From the NCBI GenBank assembly GCA_963836185.1, contig CAWIIQ010000003.1:160001-224000 (forward strand): DNA of 64,000 nt, written 5' to 3'. The position numbers were made by a program, and so were the translations under genes. Below the pieces are notes generated by a model. It had not been told where the DNA came from. It made no database searches and was given only the letters and a program-made list of their open reading frames with translations. The DNA comes from Candidatus Krumholzibacteriia bacterium. GTDB lineage: Bacteria; Krumholzibacteriota; Krumholzibacteriia; Krumholzibacteriales; Krumholzibacteriaceae. This document shows, piece by piece, positions 1 to 10,239 of the stretch; positions within the stretch are counted from its first letter, which is position 1; the number at the start of each line of letters is the position of its first letter.

Positions 1-1433
1 CGACGAGGTAGTCGAGGCTGGAGTATCGTCCATCATATTCCTGGAACCTGCCGATCCATTCGAGGTAGGCGGGCAGGATCGTGATCGGGGCCTTCCTTCT
101 CACCGCTCCGAACCGGTATCCGATAATGCTGGTCGCTGCTATCCCCTTCTTCCAGGTGATGTAATAGCCGGGGTAATGGATGTACACGGGAGAGCCTCGC
201 CACCTGAAGTCATAGATAAGCCCCGAGAGCATCTTTCCTTTCCAGTGGCCGGGAAAGAAGTCCCCGGTGAAGCTTTCGTTCTCACGGTTGAAGGACCGAA
301 AATCACTCCACCAGAGGGCCAGGTGGACGAGGCACACGGCAATTGCGACAGCGGGGACAAGGCGGACCCCGCGGCCCTTCCACAGGATGCCGGCGACTAT
401 GACAAGTGATAGCAGGACAAGGCTGGAGAATCTCTGCGCGAGGATCGCCTGTCCGGGAAGATCCTTCGGCAGAAACGCGTAGCATGCGGCAGAGACGGCG
501 AGCAGAAGAAGGGCGTATCTTGTTCCCTCCGCCTCACCGGTTCTGCCTGCGCGCCAGCGGATCAGCGGGATCAGCGCGATGACCGCTATGGCCAGAGAGA
601 ATGCTATACCGACACGCTTTGCCCGGCGTGCCGCCGAGGACGGTGTAGTTATCGAGAAAGAGGATCTGCCACCTGTCGGCAAATGAGGTGAAGAAATCTC
701 CCGAATAGTAGTCGGCGAGATACTCCGTGGTGGACCGGCCGACCCAGAACGACCTTCCGTAGAACCACCAGGCGGCCAGCATCGTCAGCGCCGGCAGGAC
801 AGTCAGGAGATTCGCCGCCTTGCGATGAGGCCTGGTGTTTCTGGCAAAGGTGATGAATACGAGATGAAGCACGATCGCGAAGATCGCAGCAAGAGCATGG
901 GCGAAGAATATCAGAAGCAACAGAAGAACGCTTGCGGCGGCGGACCGCGCGCCGGGCTTCATCGCCATTCCCGCCGAGGCCCATGCCGAAAACAGGACAA
1001 GCGGTATCGCCATAGTATACCCTGTGAATCCCCAGATCACCGGGTAACTGTAGAGCAGCAGAAGCGACAGCACCGAGGTCCACATCGCTCCCCCGAGCCT
1101 TCGTGTCAGCAGCAGGACCGAAAGCGGAAGAAGAAGAGCGTAGAGGAAGTACCAAACCCTGCTTGCCGTTTCGACGGAGGGAAAGATCTTCGCTGAACAG
1201 AAGACGAGGTACAGCACATTCGGTTTCGGAAAGAGGTCGACGCTGAAATATTTCGCGAATTCATTGCCGAACTCGCCGTAGTGACGGACGATCGTCGATG
1301 CTGCGAGGTGGTTGGGCAGGTCGGTGAAGGGAAGAAGCCGCGGACTCGAGACGGCAAAGGCGTGAAGGATGACAAGCGCCGCGAAGATGGCGATAAAGAG
1401 CTTTTTCGATGAGTCTGGTCTTGTCATCTGCAA
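1..1433 (-). CDS. Polytopic membrane protein, GT-C-like glycosyltransferase candidate; frameshifted near 615, 3' end outside window
   Basis: ORF 534..1433 has an N-terminal TM helix, then 'PFTDLPNHLA' and many TM helices. A shifted frame (VGIAFSLAIAVIALIPL...YIHYPGYYITWRRG...) continues without a stop to position 1. Confidence 0.55.
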
Positions 1434-1440
1434 TCTGACG

Positions 1441-2353
1441 TCAGCCGATTTCGATCATTCGTTCTATGGCGGTTCTGGCGGCGTCGGCCGTCTTCTTCGG
1501 AACCGTGACTACGGGGCCGAGGTTTTCGAGGGAAGCCAGGATCTTCTCCAGCGAGATCTTTTTCATGTTCGGGCATATCGCGTTGGGCGACGCGGGGATG
1601 AATCTCTTTTCAGGGTAGAGTTTCTCGAGGCGGTAGCACATCCCGACCTCGGTTCCCACGATGAAGGTGGTCGCGTCGCTCTCTCCGGCGAATTTTATCA
1701 TCGACCCCGTTCCAAGAGCGATGTCAGCTTCGGCCTCGATTTCAGGATTGACCTCTGGATGAACCATGACGACCGCGTCGGGATGCTGCTCTCTGAGTGC
1801 CCGTATCTCTTCGGGCATGATCTTCTGGTGTGACGGGCAGAACCCGTTCCACAGGATCATGCCGCGGTCGGTCTGCAGCGATACCCACCCGCCCGAGATA
1901 CTGGTCGGGCCCGAAAATGATCTTGTCATCCTCCGGGATGGAATCGATTACGGCGAGGGCATTGGCCGAGGTGCAGCAGATGTCGGTCAGCGCCTTGACC
2001 TCGGCGGTCGAGTTGACATACATCACCGTCACGGCGCCGGGGTGCTTCTCCTGGAGCGCGCGCAGCTGTGCGGCGTCGATCATGTCGGCCATCGGGCAGC
2101 CCGCGTCCGGGTCGGGAAGGATGACCTTCTTGTCCGGGGAGAGGATGGCCGCGGTCTCGGCCATGAAGTGGACGCCGCAGAAGATTATGATCTCCTCTTC
2201 CAGCCTGGCGGCAAGACGGCTGAGGTCCAGCGAGTCGCCAAGGTGGTCGGCGACGTCCTGGATCTCGGGCGGCTGATAGTTATGAGCGAGGATTACCGCG
2301 CCCGTCTCTTCCTTCAGCCGGAGGATCTTCTCTACGAGTTCTTTTGCCGGCAT
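1441..2353 (-). CDS. nadA: Quinolinate synthase NadA (frameshift near 1893)
   Basis: [26 protein letters not shown] and CCTSAN in ORF 1742..2353; GFCPSH, HPE, GTEVG and CPNMKK in ORF 1441..1929. Confidence 0.93.
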
Positions 2354-2372
2354 GGCCTGATAAGCTCCCCGC

Positions 2373-2963
2373 TCAGTCCTTTTTTTCTTCGTCGCCGAGG
2401 GTGCAGCCGCAGTGCGGACACTCAGCCAGTGAGTTCGATACGACCTTGCCGCACTCAGGGCAGTCCTTAAGCTCGGTCTTGCAGGAGTTGCAGAAAGTGT
2501 ATGTCTCCTCGACTTCAGAATCGCAGTAGGGACAGGTCTGCCCGTGCATCTCGCTTTTCTGCGCGTGAGGTGTCGGAGCGGGCTCGCCCGTTTCCTTCCT
2601 CTTGCGATAATCCTCGATCGCGGCGTGCAGCGCGTCGGCCCCGAGGTTGGAACAGTGCATCTTGTTCTTGGGAAGCCCGCCGAGCTCTTCGGCGACCATG
2701 TCGTTTGTGATCTCCATCGCCTCGTCGAGTGTCTTCCCCGTCGCCATCTCGCTGACCATGCTCGAGACCGCGATAGCGGCCCCGCAGCCGAAGGTCTTGA
2801 ACTTGATATCGGCGAGCCTGTCGTCCTCGACCGTGATCATGAATGTCATCATGTCGCCGCAGGTCGGGTTCCCGATCTCTCCCACGCCGTCCGCGTTCTC
2901 GATCTCGCCGACATTGCGCGGCTTCATGAAATGGTCCATCACCTTGTCGCTGTACATTGGCAT
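2373..2963 (-). CDS. iscU: Fe-S scaffold IscU/NifU with C-terminal double zinc ribbon
   Basis: [34 protein letters not shown]; tail has CPYC/CNSC/CPEC/CPHC. Confidence 0.93.
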   Translation of the reverse strand: MPMYSDKVMDHFMKPRNVGEIENADGVGEIGNPTCGDMMTFMITVEDDRLADIKFKTFGCGAAIAVSSMVSEMATGKTLDEAMEITNDMVAEELGGLPKNKMHCSNLGADALHAAIEDYRKRKETGEPAPTPHAQKSEMHGQTCPYCDSEVEETYTFCNSCKTELKDCPECGKVVSNSLAECPHCGCTLGDEEKKD

Positions 2964-2993
2964 TGTTCTTCTCCTGTCAGTTATTGTCCTCTT

Positions 2994-4172
2994 TCAGTCC
3001 TGGTCCTTGTTATATATGGGGGACATCTCGCGCAGGCGCAAGACGATCGGCTTCATCTCTTCTATTACCGTGTCGACGTCCTCGATCGTGTTCGAATCGC
3101 CGAGCGAGAATACTATCGAGCCCTGTGCAGTAGCGGCGTCGTAGCCCATCGCCTCGAGGACGTGGCTGCCCTTGAGCGCCTTCGATGTGCAGGCGGAGCC
3201 GCTTGCGGCCATGATCCCGTTGTGGTCGAGGAAGAGCAGAAGGCCCTCGCCCTCGATGAATTTGACACAGAACGATGCGTGTCCGGGAAGGCGCTGTTCG
3301 GGGTGCCCAGTCGCTATCACATCGGGGATCGCAGCGGGCAGCTTCTCGATGAACGCGTCCCTTATAGGGATAAATCGCGCCGCCCTGTCGGCCAGCTCGG
3401 CCAGTGCGAGTTCGGCCGCGACTCCCATGCCGGCGATCGCCGGTATGTTCTCCTGGCCCGCCCTGAGGTTCCTCTCCTGGACGCCGCCCTGGATCAGCGG
3501 CCTCACGGGGAATCCCTTCCCGAGGATCAGCGCCGCGGCTCCCGGGGGGCCGCCGAAATTCTGCGCCGCTATCGTCATCGCGCCGGCGCCTGTCCTGTTC
3601 ATGTCCGTGTCGATCATGCCCGCGGCTCCCCACGAATCTGTGTGGAGCGGCACGCCTGCCTCCCTGCATATGGCGGCGAGCTCCGTGACGGGCTGGACCG
3701 TGCCGACCTCCGTGCTCGCGTGGATTATCGAGACGACGGCCGCTCCGCCCGCGAGAGCTTTTTTCAGGCCGGAGGGGTCTACGAGGCCAACGCTGTCGAC
3801 CGGCAGGGTCACGATCTCGAACCCTTCCTTCTCCAGCGTTCTGGCCGGCGTCATTATCGAGATATGCTCCATGGCGGAGATTATCACGCGTTTCGACTTG
3901 TTCGCGCGGCCTCTCGCTATGCCCTTGAGGGCCATGTTGTTCGCCTCTGAGCCGGACGCGGTGAATATCACGTCGTATGCGGACATTCCCGCGAGAGACG
4001 CGACCTGCTCCCTCGCTCGCGCGAGGACCTCGGCGGCCCGCTGGCCGCGAGTGGTCACGCTCTGGGGATTGCCGAACCCGTCCTCGAGAAGGGGCACCAT
4101 CGCCGCGACGGCCTCTTTCCTGACGGGTGAAGCGGCAACGTGGTCGAGGTATATCTCTTTTTGTTCGTTCAT
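2994..4172 (-). CDS. iscS: IscS/NifS-family cysteine desulfurase homolog with PLP lysine replaced
   Basis: YLDH, FTASGSEANN and SGSACTS (catalytic Cys loop) present. The canonical HK..GP motif reads AAQNFGGPPG. Start set at MNEQKEIYLD. Confidence 0.88.
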   Translation of the reverse strand: MNEQKEIYLDHVAASPVRKEAVAAMVPLLEDGFGNPQSVTTRGQRAAEVLARAREQVASLAGMSAYDVIFTASGSEANNMALKGIARGRANKSKRVIISAMEHISIMTPARTLEKEGFEIVTLPVDSVGLVDPSGLKKALAGGAAVVSIIHASTEVGTVQPVTELAAICREAGVPLHTDSWGAAGMIDTDMNRTGAGAMTIAAQNFGGPPGAAALILGKGFPVRPLIQGGVQERNLRAGQENIPAIAGMGVAAELALAELADRAARFIPIRDAFIEKLPAAIPDVIATGHPEQRLPGHASFCVKFIEGEGLLLFLDHNGIMAASGSACTSKALKGSHVLEAMGYDAATAQGSIVFSLGDSNTIEDVDTVIEEMKPIVLRLREMSPIYNKDQD

Positions 4173-4460
4173 CAGGTTCCGTCCTGTCTTTTTGCGGCCG
4201 GACCGGAGGCACGTCCGCTGACTTCGGAGACACCCCTTCCGATCGATACGGCGTATTACATATTCGAGATCGGTAATAAGTAGAAATAATTTACTGCGAG
4301 CCCCCCATAAAGAAAAGTAAAATGACACTGACTGTCAACAATATACGCTTCCTGACGAGAGCCAGCCCCTTCACTTTATCGTATTTATTGCTATATTGTA
4401 TATGTTCGCACAAATTGTTCGCCCGAACTCTGTTTGCTGGCCACATTTCAGGGGGGTGTC

Positions 4461-5594
4461 ATGAAACGCACGGGAATGCCCTGTATGGGTACGCTTGCCC
4501 CTGCAGCATTTTTGATCACAACGATATTTCTTGTTACCTCGGCGATCCTGACGGATGCCGCTTCCGCCGGGGACAGGCGCGCCCCTGTCTCAGGAGGCAG
4601 AAAAGAAGGCGGTATTCAGAAGACGCCTGACCGGCCGAAACCACCGCCCCCGGCGTATAAGCCCGCACCTGCCCGTAAGCCCGATCGCCCGGTGAAACCG
4701 GCACCTGGCAGAAATGACCCCCCCGGTGAAGTGACAGGCGGGAGAAAGACGCCATCGGGCGGTTCGTACAGCAGGCCGCCGAGAAAATTCGAAAAATATC
4801 CGGACCGTTATAAAGAGAAACGAAAGGAAAAAGGTCCTGTTGGAAGGAAAGGAAAAGAAGACTGCAGGCCTCCAGCCCGTCCGGGCGGCGGGCCCTGCTG
4901 GCGGCCCCCCGGGCACCGCCCCCCTCACCGGCCTCCCATACCCTGCCATCCCCCCGTCTATATCAGCTACGAGTACACGTATGTCGACCAGACGATCATA
5001 ATCGGCGGGCTGATCGACAATGACCTCTACGGGATAATCCTGCCGTTCGGCCCGATCGTTCCCTGGGAGATAGGCGAGTTTTACCTTATCAGGCTCAAGA
5101 ATCTCGAAAGGGAAGGTCTCGGCGGCTCGATGATGACCACTATCGTGCAGACGCGCGATGAGATGGGATGGGAAGAGTTCCTCGACAGGTTCGGGGACGA
5201 TATCACGGACGTGATCTATTACGGCCCGGTCGGACGCACATCATTTCTTGTAGCCATGACCGTTTCCGATATCCTCGACCTGATGGTGCTCGAAGGGATC
5301 AGGTGGGTCGGGGAGCTGTACCCCGAATACAAGATAAAGCCCGGGGGAAGGAACGCGAGATTCTACGTGCGCTCTCTCGAAGGGGACACGATCGCGTTCC
5401 GCAGGGAGCTGCGGGACACGGGCGTCTTCGTCATGAACTTCGATCCCGATACCGGGGAATACTTTGTCCGTAGCAGCAGCGACAATTACGACATGATAGC
5501 GAAGCTCTGGTGGGTCGCCAGGATCTCCGGCGCTCGCGGAGAGCCGTTCTTCCAGCCGGAATACGAGTGGGTCGATGTCGGGTTGGCGCCGTAA
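4461..5594 (+). CDS. Secreted hypothetical protein with Pro/Lys-rich low-complexity N-region
   Basis: ATG after GGGGGG, signal-like hydrophobic stretch, Pro-rich linker, then a globular C-terminal region. Confidence 0.65.
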   Translation: MKRTGMPCMGTLAPAAFLITTIFLVTSAILTDAASAGDRRAPVSGGRKEGGIQKTPDRPKPPPPAYKPAPARKPDRPVKPAPGRNDPPGEVTGGRKTPSGGSYSRPPRKFEKYPDRYKEKRKEKGPVGRKGKEDCRPPARPGGGPCWRPPGHRPPHRPPIPCHPPVYISYEYTYVDQTIIIGGLIDNDLYGIILPFGPIVPWEIGEFYLIRLKNLEREGLGGSMMTTIVQTRDEMGWEEFLDRFGDDITDVIYYGPVGRTSFLVAMTVSDILDLMVLEGIRWVGELYPEYKIKPGGRNARFYVRSLEGDTIAFRRELRDTGVFVMNFDPDTGEYFVRSSSDNYDMIAKLWWVARISGARGEPFFQPEYEWVDVGLAP

Positions 5595-5625
5595 CCCGCT
5601 GGTTTGAAAGGCGCAGTATCATTAC

Positions 5626-5658
5626 AGGGCGTTGCCGTAGGGGCGATGCCCTATTTTC
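5626..5658 (+). terminator. Intrinsic terminator
   Basis: AGGGCGTTGCC-loop-GGCGATGCCCT hairpin followed by ATTTTCT. Confidence 0.55.
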
Positions 5659-5848
5659 TGACGAATCGATAAAATAATTACCCATAATATTTGTAATGTA
5701 TTATATTCATAGCATTGAAGTACCCGGCGGCGCCTGTTGGCGGAGTCAGGGGCCGATCTTCAGGCGCCGTGCCGGGGTTAACCTTCTTCCTGTAACCTGC
5801 TGACTGCTGTACAATGACTCGCGGACATATACCGGGAGGAGAGTACAG

Positions 5849-6784
5849 ATGTCACGCAGGCCCGCCGTTATAATCACGACATTCCTTGCAGCATGTATCA
5901 TCGCTCTGTCAGCCGCGCCCGCGCCGATTCACGGGGATAGCGCAAACTCGTTCCGATTCGTATTCATGACCGACATTCACCTGATGCCTGAGCGCCGCGG
6001 GGCAGATGGGTTTTCAGCCGCTATCGAGGCGGTCAACAGGCTGGCCCCCGACTTTGTCATAACAGGCGGGGACCTGATATATGACGCTCTCGGAACAAGT
6101 TACGAGCGGGCTGATTCCCTTTACAGGCTGTCCGCCGAGCTCTGCGAGAAATTCGAGATGCCTGTCCATCACACGGTCGGAAATCACGAGATCTTCGGGC
6201 TTTACCCCGGAAGCGGCGTCGATCCGGTGCACCCGGAATTCGGCAGGAAGATGTTTGAAAAAAGGCTCGGCGGAGGCTCGACGAACTCCTCGTTCGATTT
6301 CGGGGGCTGGCACTTCATCATGCTCGATACGATAGGTTTCACCGGCACGAGACGGTATTTCGGGCATGTCGGGCCCGGGTCGCTCGAGTGGCTTGTCCGG
6401 GATCTCGAAAAGACGGCACCCGGCACGCCTATCGTCCTCTGCGTCCATATTCCGCTTGTATCTCCGACACTGCAGGCCACATACGGCGCTAAAGAGGGCA
6501 TACCGGCGGCTGAGATGGTGACCAACACACCGGAAGTACTTGCCGCTTTCGAGGGCCGCGACCTGAGGCTCGTGCTCCAGGGGCACCTGCACATCGTCGA
6601 GCAGGCACAGGTCAGGGGGACAAAGTTCGTCACGGGCGGTGCCGTAAGCGGCGCCTGGTGGAAGGGCCCTTTCAGGGGATTTGCCGAGGGCTTCATGGTC
6701 GTCGAGATCAAGGACGGCGCAATCGACTATCATTATGAAGGTTATGGGTGGCAGGCGGGCGAACTGCCTCTTTCCTCCCCTTAA
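5849..6784 (+). CDS. Secreted calcineurin-like metallophosphoesterase
   Basis: Signal peptide; TDIH, GGDL, GNHE, HIP and GHLH motifs; GGAGGAG RBS. Confidence 0.9.
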   Translation: MSRRPAVIITTFLAACIIALSAAPAPIHGDSANSFRFVFMTDIHLMPERRGADGFSAAIEAVNRLAPDFVITGGDLIYDALGTSYERADSLYRLSAELCEKFEMPVHHTVGNHEIFGLYPGSGVDPVHPEFGRKMFEKRLGGGSTNSSFDFGGWHFIMLDTIGFTGTRRYFGHVGPGSLEWLVRDLEKTAPGTPIVLCVHIPLVSPTLQATYGAKEGIPAAEMVTNTPEVLAAFEGRDLRLVLQGHLHIVEQAQVRGTKFVTGGAVSGAWWKGPFRGFAEGFMVVEIKDGAIDYHYEGYGWQAGELPLSSP

Positions 6785-6820
6785 GCGGAACGCTTGTTGC
6801 ACCTCCATCCGGATGGAGGA

Positions 6821-7717
6821 ATGCGCATGCTGGTCGACACAAAGATCTCCGTTTCCGGCTGGGTGAAGGATCTCGCCTCGTTCACCGCAATGGTAGCGGT
6901 CGCTTCATGGCAGGGCTGGGAAGCGAAGGAGCTTATCTGGGGCCTCTGGATATCGAGCCTTGTCATCGGCTACGCCTTTATCCTCATATCAGCCATATCG
7001 ATATATTTCACAGGCAATATGCCTGGTGAATCAAGGGCGATGAAAACCCTGAAAGATATACGGGGCCTGAAGGAATTCAGGACGCTCGGGATGAATGTCT
7101 TCGTTACGATCGCCGCCTTTTTCATCTTCGGTCCGTTTCGTGCGATTTCCTGGCTGGTCCTCCTCGTAAATGCCTTCTTCGCGGGAGCCACACTCTATCT
7201 CAAGTACGGGCCCGGTCACGATGACGGGTCGGTCATTCGGAGCGTCGCCACGCGGTTTTTCGCCTACACTCCTGCTGTTGCTTTCACTCTCGGCTTCTTC
7301 TCTCTGCATTTCGGGGGCTTCCACTTCGTACACGGGATGTTCCTCAACTCCTTTTTTCCCATAGTCGAGGGTACCCCGTTCGGTGAATCGATCGGCGGAA
7401 CCTTCGTGTTCGTCTTCGGGATCATCAACGCTGCGGCCCGCAGCTACTGGCCGTTCGTGCTTATCAGCGCCTGGTCGAGGCTTGGCGACATGAAGAGATC
7501 GCTCGAGCCCGGCAGGGAGCCGAACATGCTCCTTCCCTATATCAGCGTCGTCAAGATGCACATCCTGATCTTTGTCTTCGCCGGCCTGCACGCTGCCGGG
7601 CTCCAGGCGTGGGCCCTCTACCCCGTCCTTTTCTTCTATTTCTTTCCTGCCGGAACGGTCTTCAAGGCGATTTTCGGGAGAATCTCCGGTGCCGGAAAAA
7701 GATTCGCCATAAAATAA
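6821..7717 (+). CDS. DUF6498-like membrane protein
   Basis: Multiple TM segments; FFSLHFGGFHFVHGMF and PYISVVKMH motifs. Confidence 0.7.
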   Translation: MRMLVDTKISVSGWVKDLASFTAMVAVASWQGWEAKELIWGLWISSLVIGYAFILISAISIYFTGNMPGESRAMKTLKDIRGLKEFRTLGMNVFVTIAAFFIFGPFRAISWLVLLVNAFFAGATLYLKYGPGHDDGSVIRSVATRFFAYTPAVAFTLGFFSLHFGGFHFVHGMFLNSFFPIVEGTPFGESIGGTFVFVFGIINAAARSYWPFVLISAWSRLGDMKRSLEPGREPNMLLPYISVVKMHILIFVFAGLHAAGLQAWALYPVLFFYFFPAGTVFKAIFGRISGAGKRFAIK

Positions 7718-7895
7718 TTGGTGGAACCTGCGGCTATTAATATTTTATAATGTACTACTGACTGATACGGATATGTCCCGGTCCCCCTGATGGAGCCGCA
7801 GGCAATAGATGGGGTATCGGGTCTGTTTTCAGTGGATGAATCAAACAAGTGCGGGCGTGGCTGCGAACAGATGCCCGCGAGACAGAGGAGACTAG

Positions 7896-8954
7896 ATGAA
7901 TCTTTCGAGAAAGCTGGGCCTGTCGGTCGTGACCTTCGCTGTGATGGCGACTGTGCTGGCATCGATGGCCGTGGCGGGCCAGAAAGATCCGCCGAAGCTG
8001 TACATACGGGACAAGGAACCCGACCTCGGCACTTTCTATGAAGGCGTGGACATCGAGTATGAGTTCAAGGTGAGGAACCACGGGGTTGCGGAACTTCATA
8101 TTCTCGGCGTCCGCCCCGGGTGAGGCTGCTCAGTGGCCGACTATGACGAGGTCATCCCTCCCGGGTCGGAGGGAAAGATTGGTGTAAAACTCATAGGACA
8201 CAAGCTTCACACGGGGCGCTTCAAGAAAAGCTTCACGGTGAAGACTAACGATCCTGAAAATGCGAAGCTGACGCTGTCCGTTACCGGAATTGTCAAGCAG
8301 GTCTTCCAGGTCTCGAAGGGGATGTCCCTCTCGGGGTACAAGGGCGATGAGCTCAAGGAGGAAGTGATCCTCACATCTACTGTCGAGGAGAAGATCAACC
8401 TGACTGGATATCACTGGTCGGATGCCAGCAAGGATAAAGAGGCTCTCGAGGAGGGCATCGGCGTCAAGATAACGCCGATCGAAAAGGGCAAGAAGTACAA
8501 GATCGATACATGGCTGAAGAAAGACCTTCCGCCGAAACAGTACTATGCCGACCTGTATATAGAAACGGATTTTGAGATGCTTCCCGAGAAGAAGCTGCAG
8601 TTCCGGCTTCATATCATGGACGATGTCGAGGTTCACCCGAGCACGATATACATGAGAGAGCTCCAGGTAGAAGAGGGAACATCGAAGAGTTTCGAGAAGA
8701 TTGTCTCGATCATCGCGGCAAGGGGAGACTCTCTGAAGGTACTGGAGGTAGTGCCGAGCGATCCGACAATCACCTGGAACATCAGGGAGGTCAAGCCCGG
8801 CAAGGCCTACACATGCAGGTTCCAGATCCGGCCGAAATCGGAGCCGGGCAAGTACGAAGCGACGCTGAAATTCCTGACCAACTATCCCGGATACAATGAG
8901 CTTGTGGTGCCGATCAAGGGCTCCGTCAGGATAGTGAAGAAGCGGGGCGGCTGA
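7896..8954 (+). CDS. DUF1573-like (Ig-fold) secreted protein, probable selenoprotein with in-frame TGA at 8121-8123
   Basis: ORFs 7896..8123 and 8133..8954 are in the same frame. The junction reads VRPG-TGA-GCSVADYDEVIPPG, matching the DUF1573 'VxxsCGCt...IpPG' motif with TGA at the first Cys. Confidence 0.8.
8137..8173 (+). promoter_or_regulatory. Candidate bacterial SECIS element
   Basis: ATGAC-GAG-GTCAT hairpin (8143-8155) with a G-initiated loop 24 nt after the UGA; can extend by CCGAC/GTCGG pairing. Confidence 0.5.
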
Positions 8955-9038
8955 TAGCGGTCCCGGCGCATTACAGAGGGGATTATCCGGGGCGTGTCCG
9001 GCGTTCGGCGCGTCCCGATTTTTGAAAGGGCAGATATC

Positions 9039-9966
9039 ATGACAAGAAGTATAAGGATATTTATGCTGGCGATGGCGGTGGTCGCCATGCTCGCCGGAGC
9101 GGCGTCAGCCGATGCCGCCAGGGAGAACGAGGCGAAGGACGCTTTCATCAAGTTAATGGGCGAACTCCAGCAGGACCGGAACCGGATCCCGATGGATCAG
9201 CTTCTCGTAAAGGCCGAAGAGGAGATCAAGAAGTTCATCGAGACTTACGCCGGCACTGCCGCGTCGGGAAGCGCGATGGTCACTCTCAGCCAGATATATT
9301 CGCAGACCGGACGGAACGCGGACGCCAGGGAGTTCCTTGACAAGTATATCGCGGCGACATTTCCGAAAGAGCCGTCGGAAGAAGGAATGGCATGGATGAC
9401 GATTGCCGGTGCCTGCATAGACGACGACGATTTCGAAGGAGCCAGGAAAGCGCTGGACAAGGCAGTCGCGGTCAAGGGGCTCGATGACAAGATGAAGAAG
9501 TCGGCCGAGGACATGCTCGCACGTCTCGAGACGATGAAGAAACTCAAGATCGGCGCCGACGCGCTGGACTTCAAGACGACAGATATCGCGGGCAAGGAGA
9601 TCAGCCTCTCCGACTACAGGGGGAAAGTGGTCCTCCTCGATTTCTGGGCCACGTGGTGCGCCCCATGCCGGGCGGAGATGCCGCATCGTCAAGGAAGTAT
9701 ACGCGGCCTATAACGGCAAGGGCTTCGACATCCTCGGCGTTTCGATGGACAACAACCGGCAGGCTCTGGATTCCTACCTCGAGGAACAGGGCATGAAGTG
9801 GCGCCAGATCTACGACGGCAAGGGCTGGAAGGCGGAGATCGGCGAGCTCTATGCGGTCAGTTCGATTCCCGCTACGTTCCTCATCGACAAGCAGGGAAAG
9901 ATAAGGTACAAGAATCTGCGCGGCGATGAGCTGAAGGCGGCGGTCGAGGCGCTGGTAAAGGAATAA
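9039..9966 (+). CDS. TlpA/ResA-family thiol-disulfide oxidoreductase with N-terminal TPR-like domain (frameshift near 9687)
   Basis: Signal peptide; [17 protein letters not shown]; continues in a shifted frame as [21 protein letters not shown]...[12 protein letters not shown]. Confidence 0.88.
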
Positions 9967-9984
9967 AGAAAAAGAACGACCACA

Positions 9985-10024
9985 CTGACCATTCGACGGG
10001 CGGGCCATCCGGTCCGCCCGTTTT
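9985..10024 (+). terminator. Intrinsic terminator
   Basis: GACGGGCGGGCC-ATCC-GGTCCGCCCG-TTTT. Confidence 0.75.
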
Positions 10025-10239
10025 CATCAATGCGGGCGATTCGTTTCCTGCCAGGAAAGGTCCTGTCGAAAAACCACACCTTTTACGGTTTTCCGAAAAA
10101 AATAATCTTGACACTTTTGTCCTGTTTGTGGAATTGTACTCTCTGCTGTCTCGGGCATGCCGAAGGTGGCATGCTGCTGGTAAGGTGAATTTAGGCCGCC
10201 GTCTTCTCGGCTGCCGATTCTTTTTACGGAAAAAACTAC

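Noticed and set aside
2544-4233. Long overlapping alternative ORFs (e.g. 2544..3950 +, 3010..4233 -; likewise 16388..17671 -, 36006..37331 -, 38573..40111 -)
   Set aside because: Shadow ORFs of well-supported genes, caused by high-GC codon bias; they carry no recognisable motifs.
4323-4337. TGACA-N5-TGTCA palindrome upstream of iscS (possible Rrf2/IscR site)
   Set aside because: Too short to assign, and no cognate regulator in the window.
7727-7802. 9-bp inverted repeat CCTGCGGCT/AGCCGCAGG around an AT-rich promoter-like tract
   Set aside because: Short with a long spacer, plausible by chance in GC-rich DNA, and no riboswitch consensus recognised.
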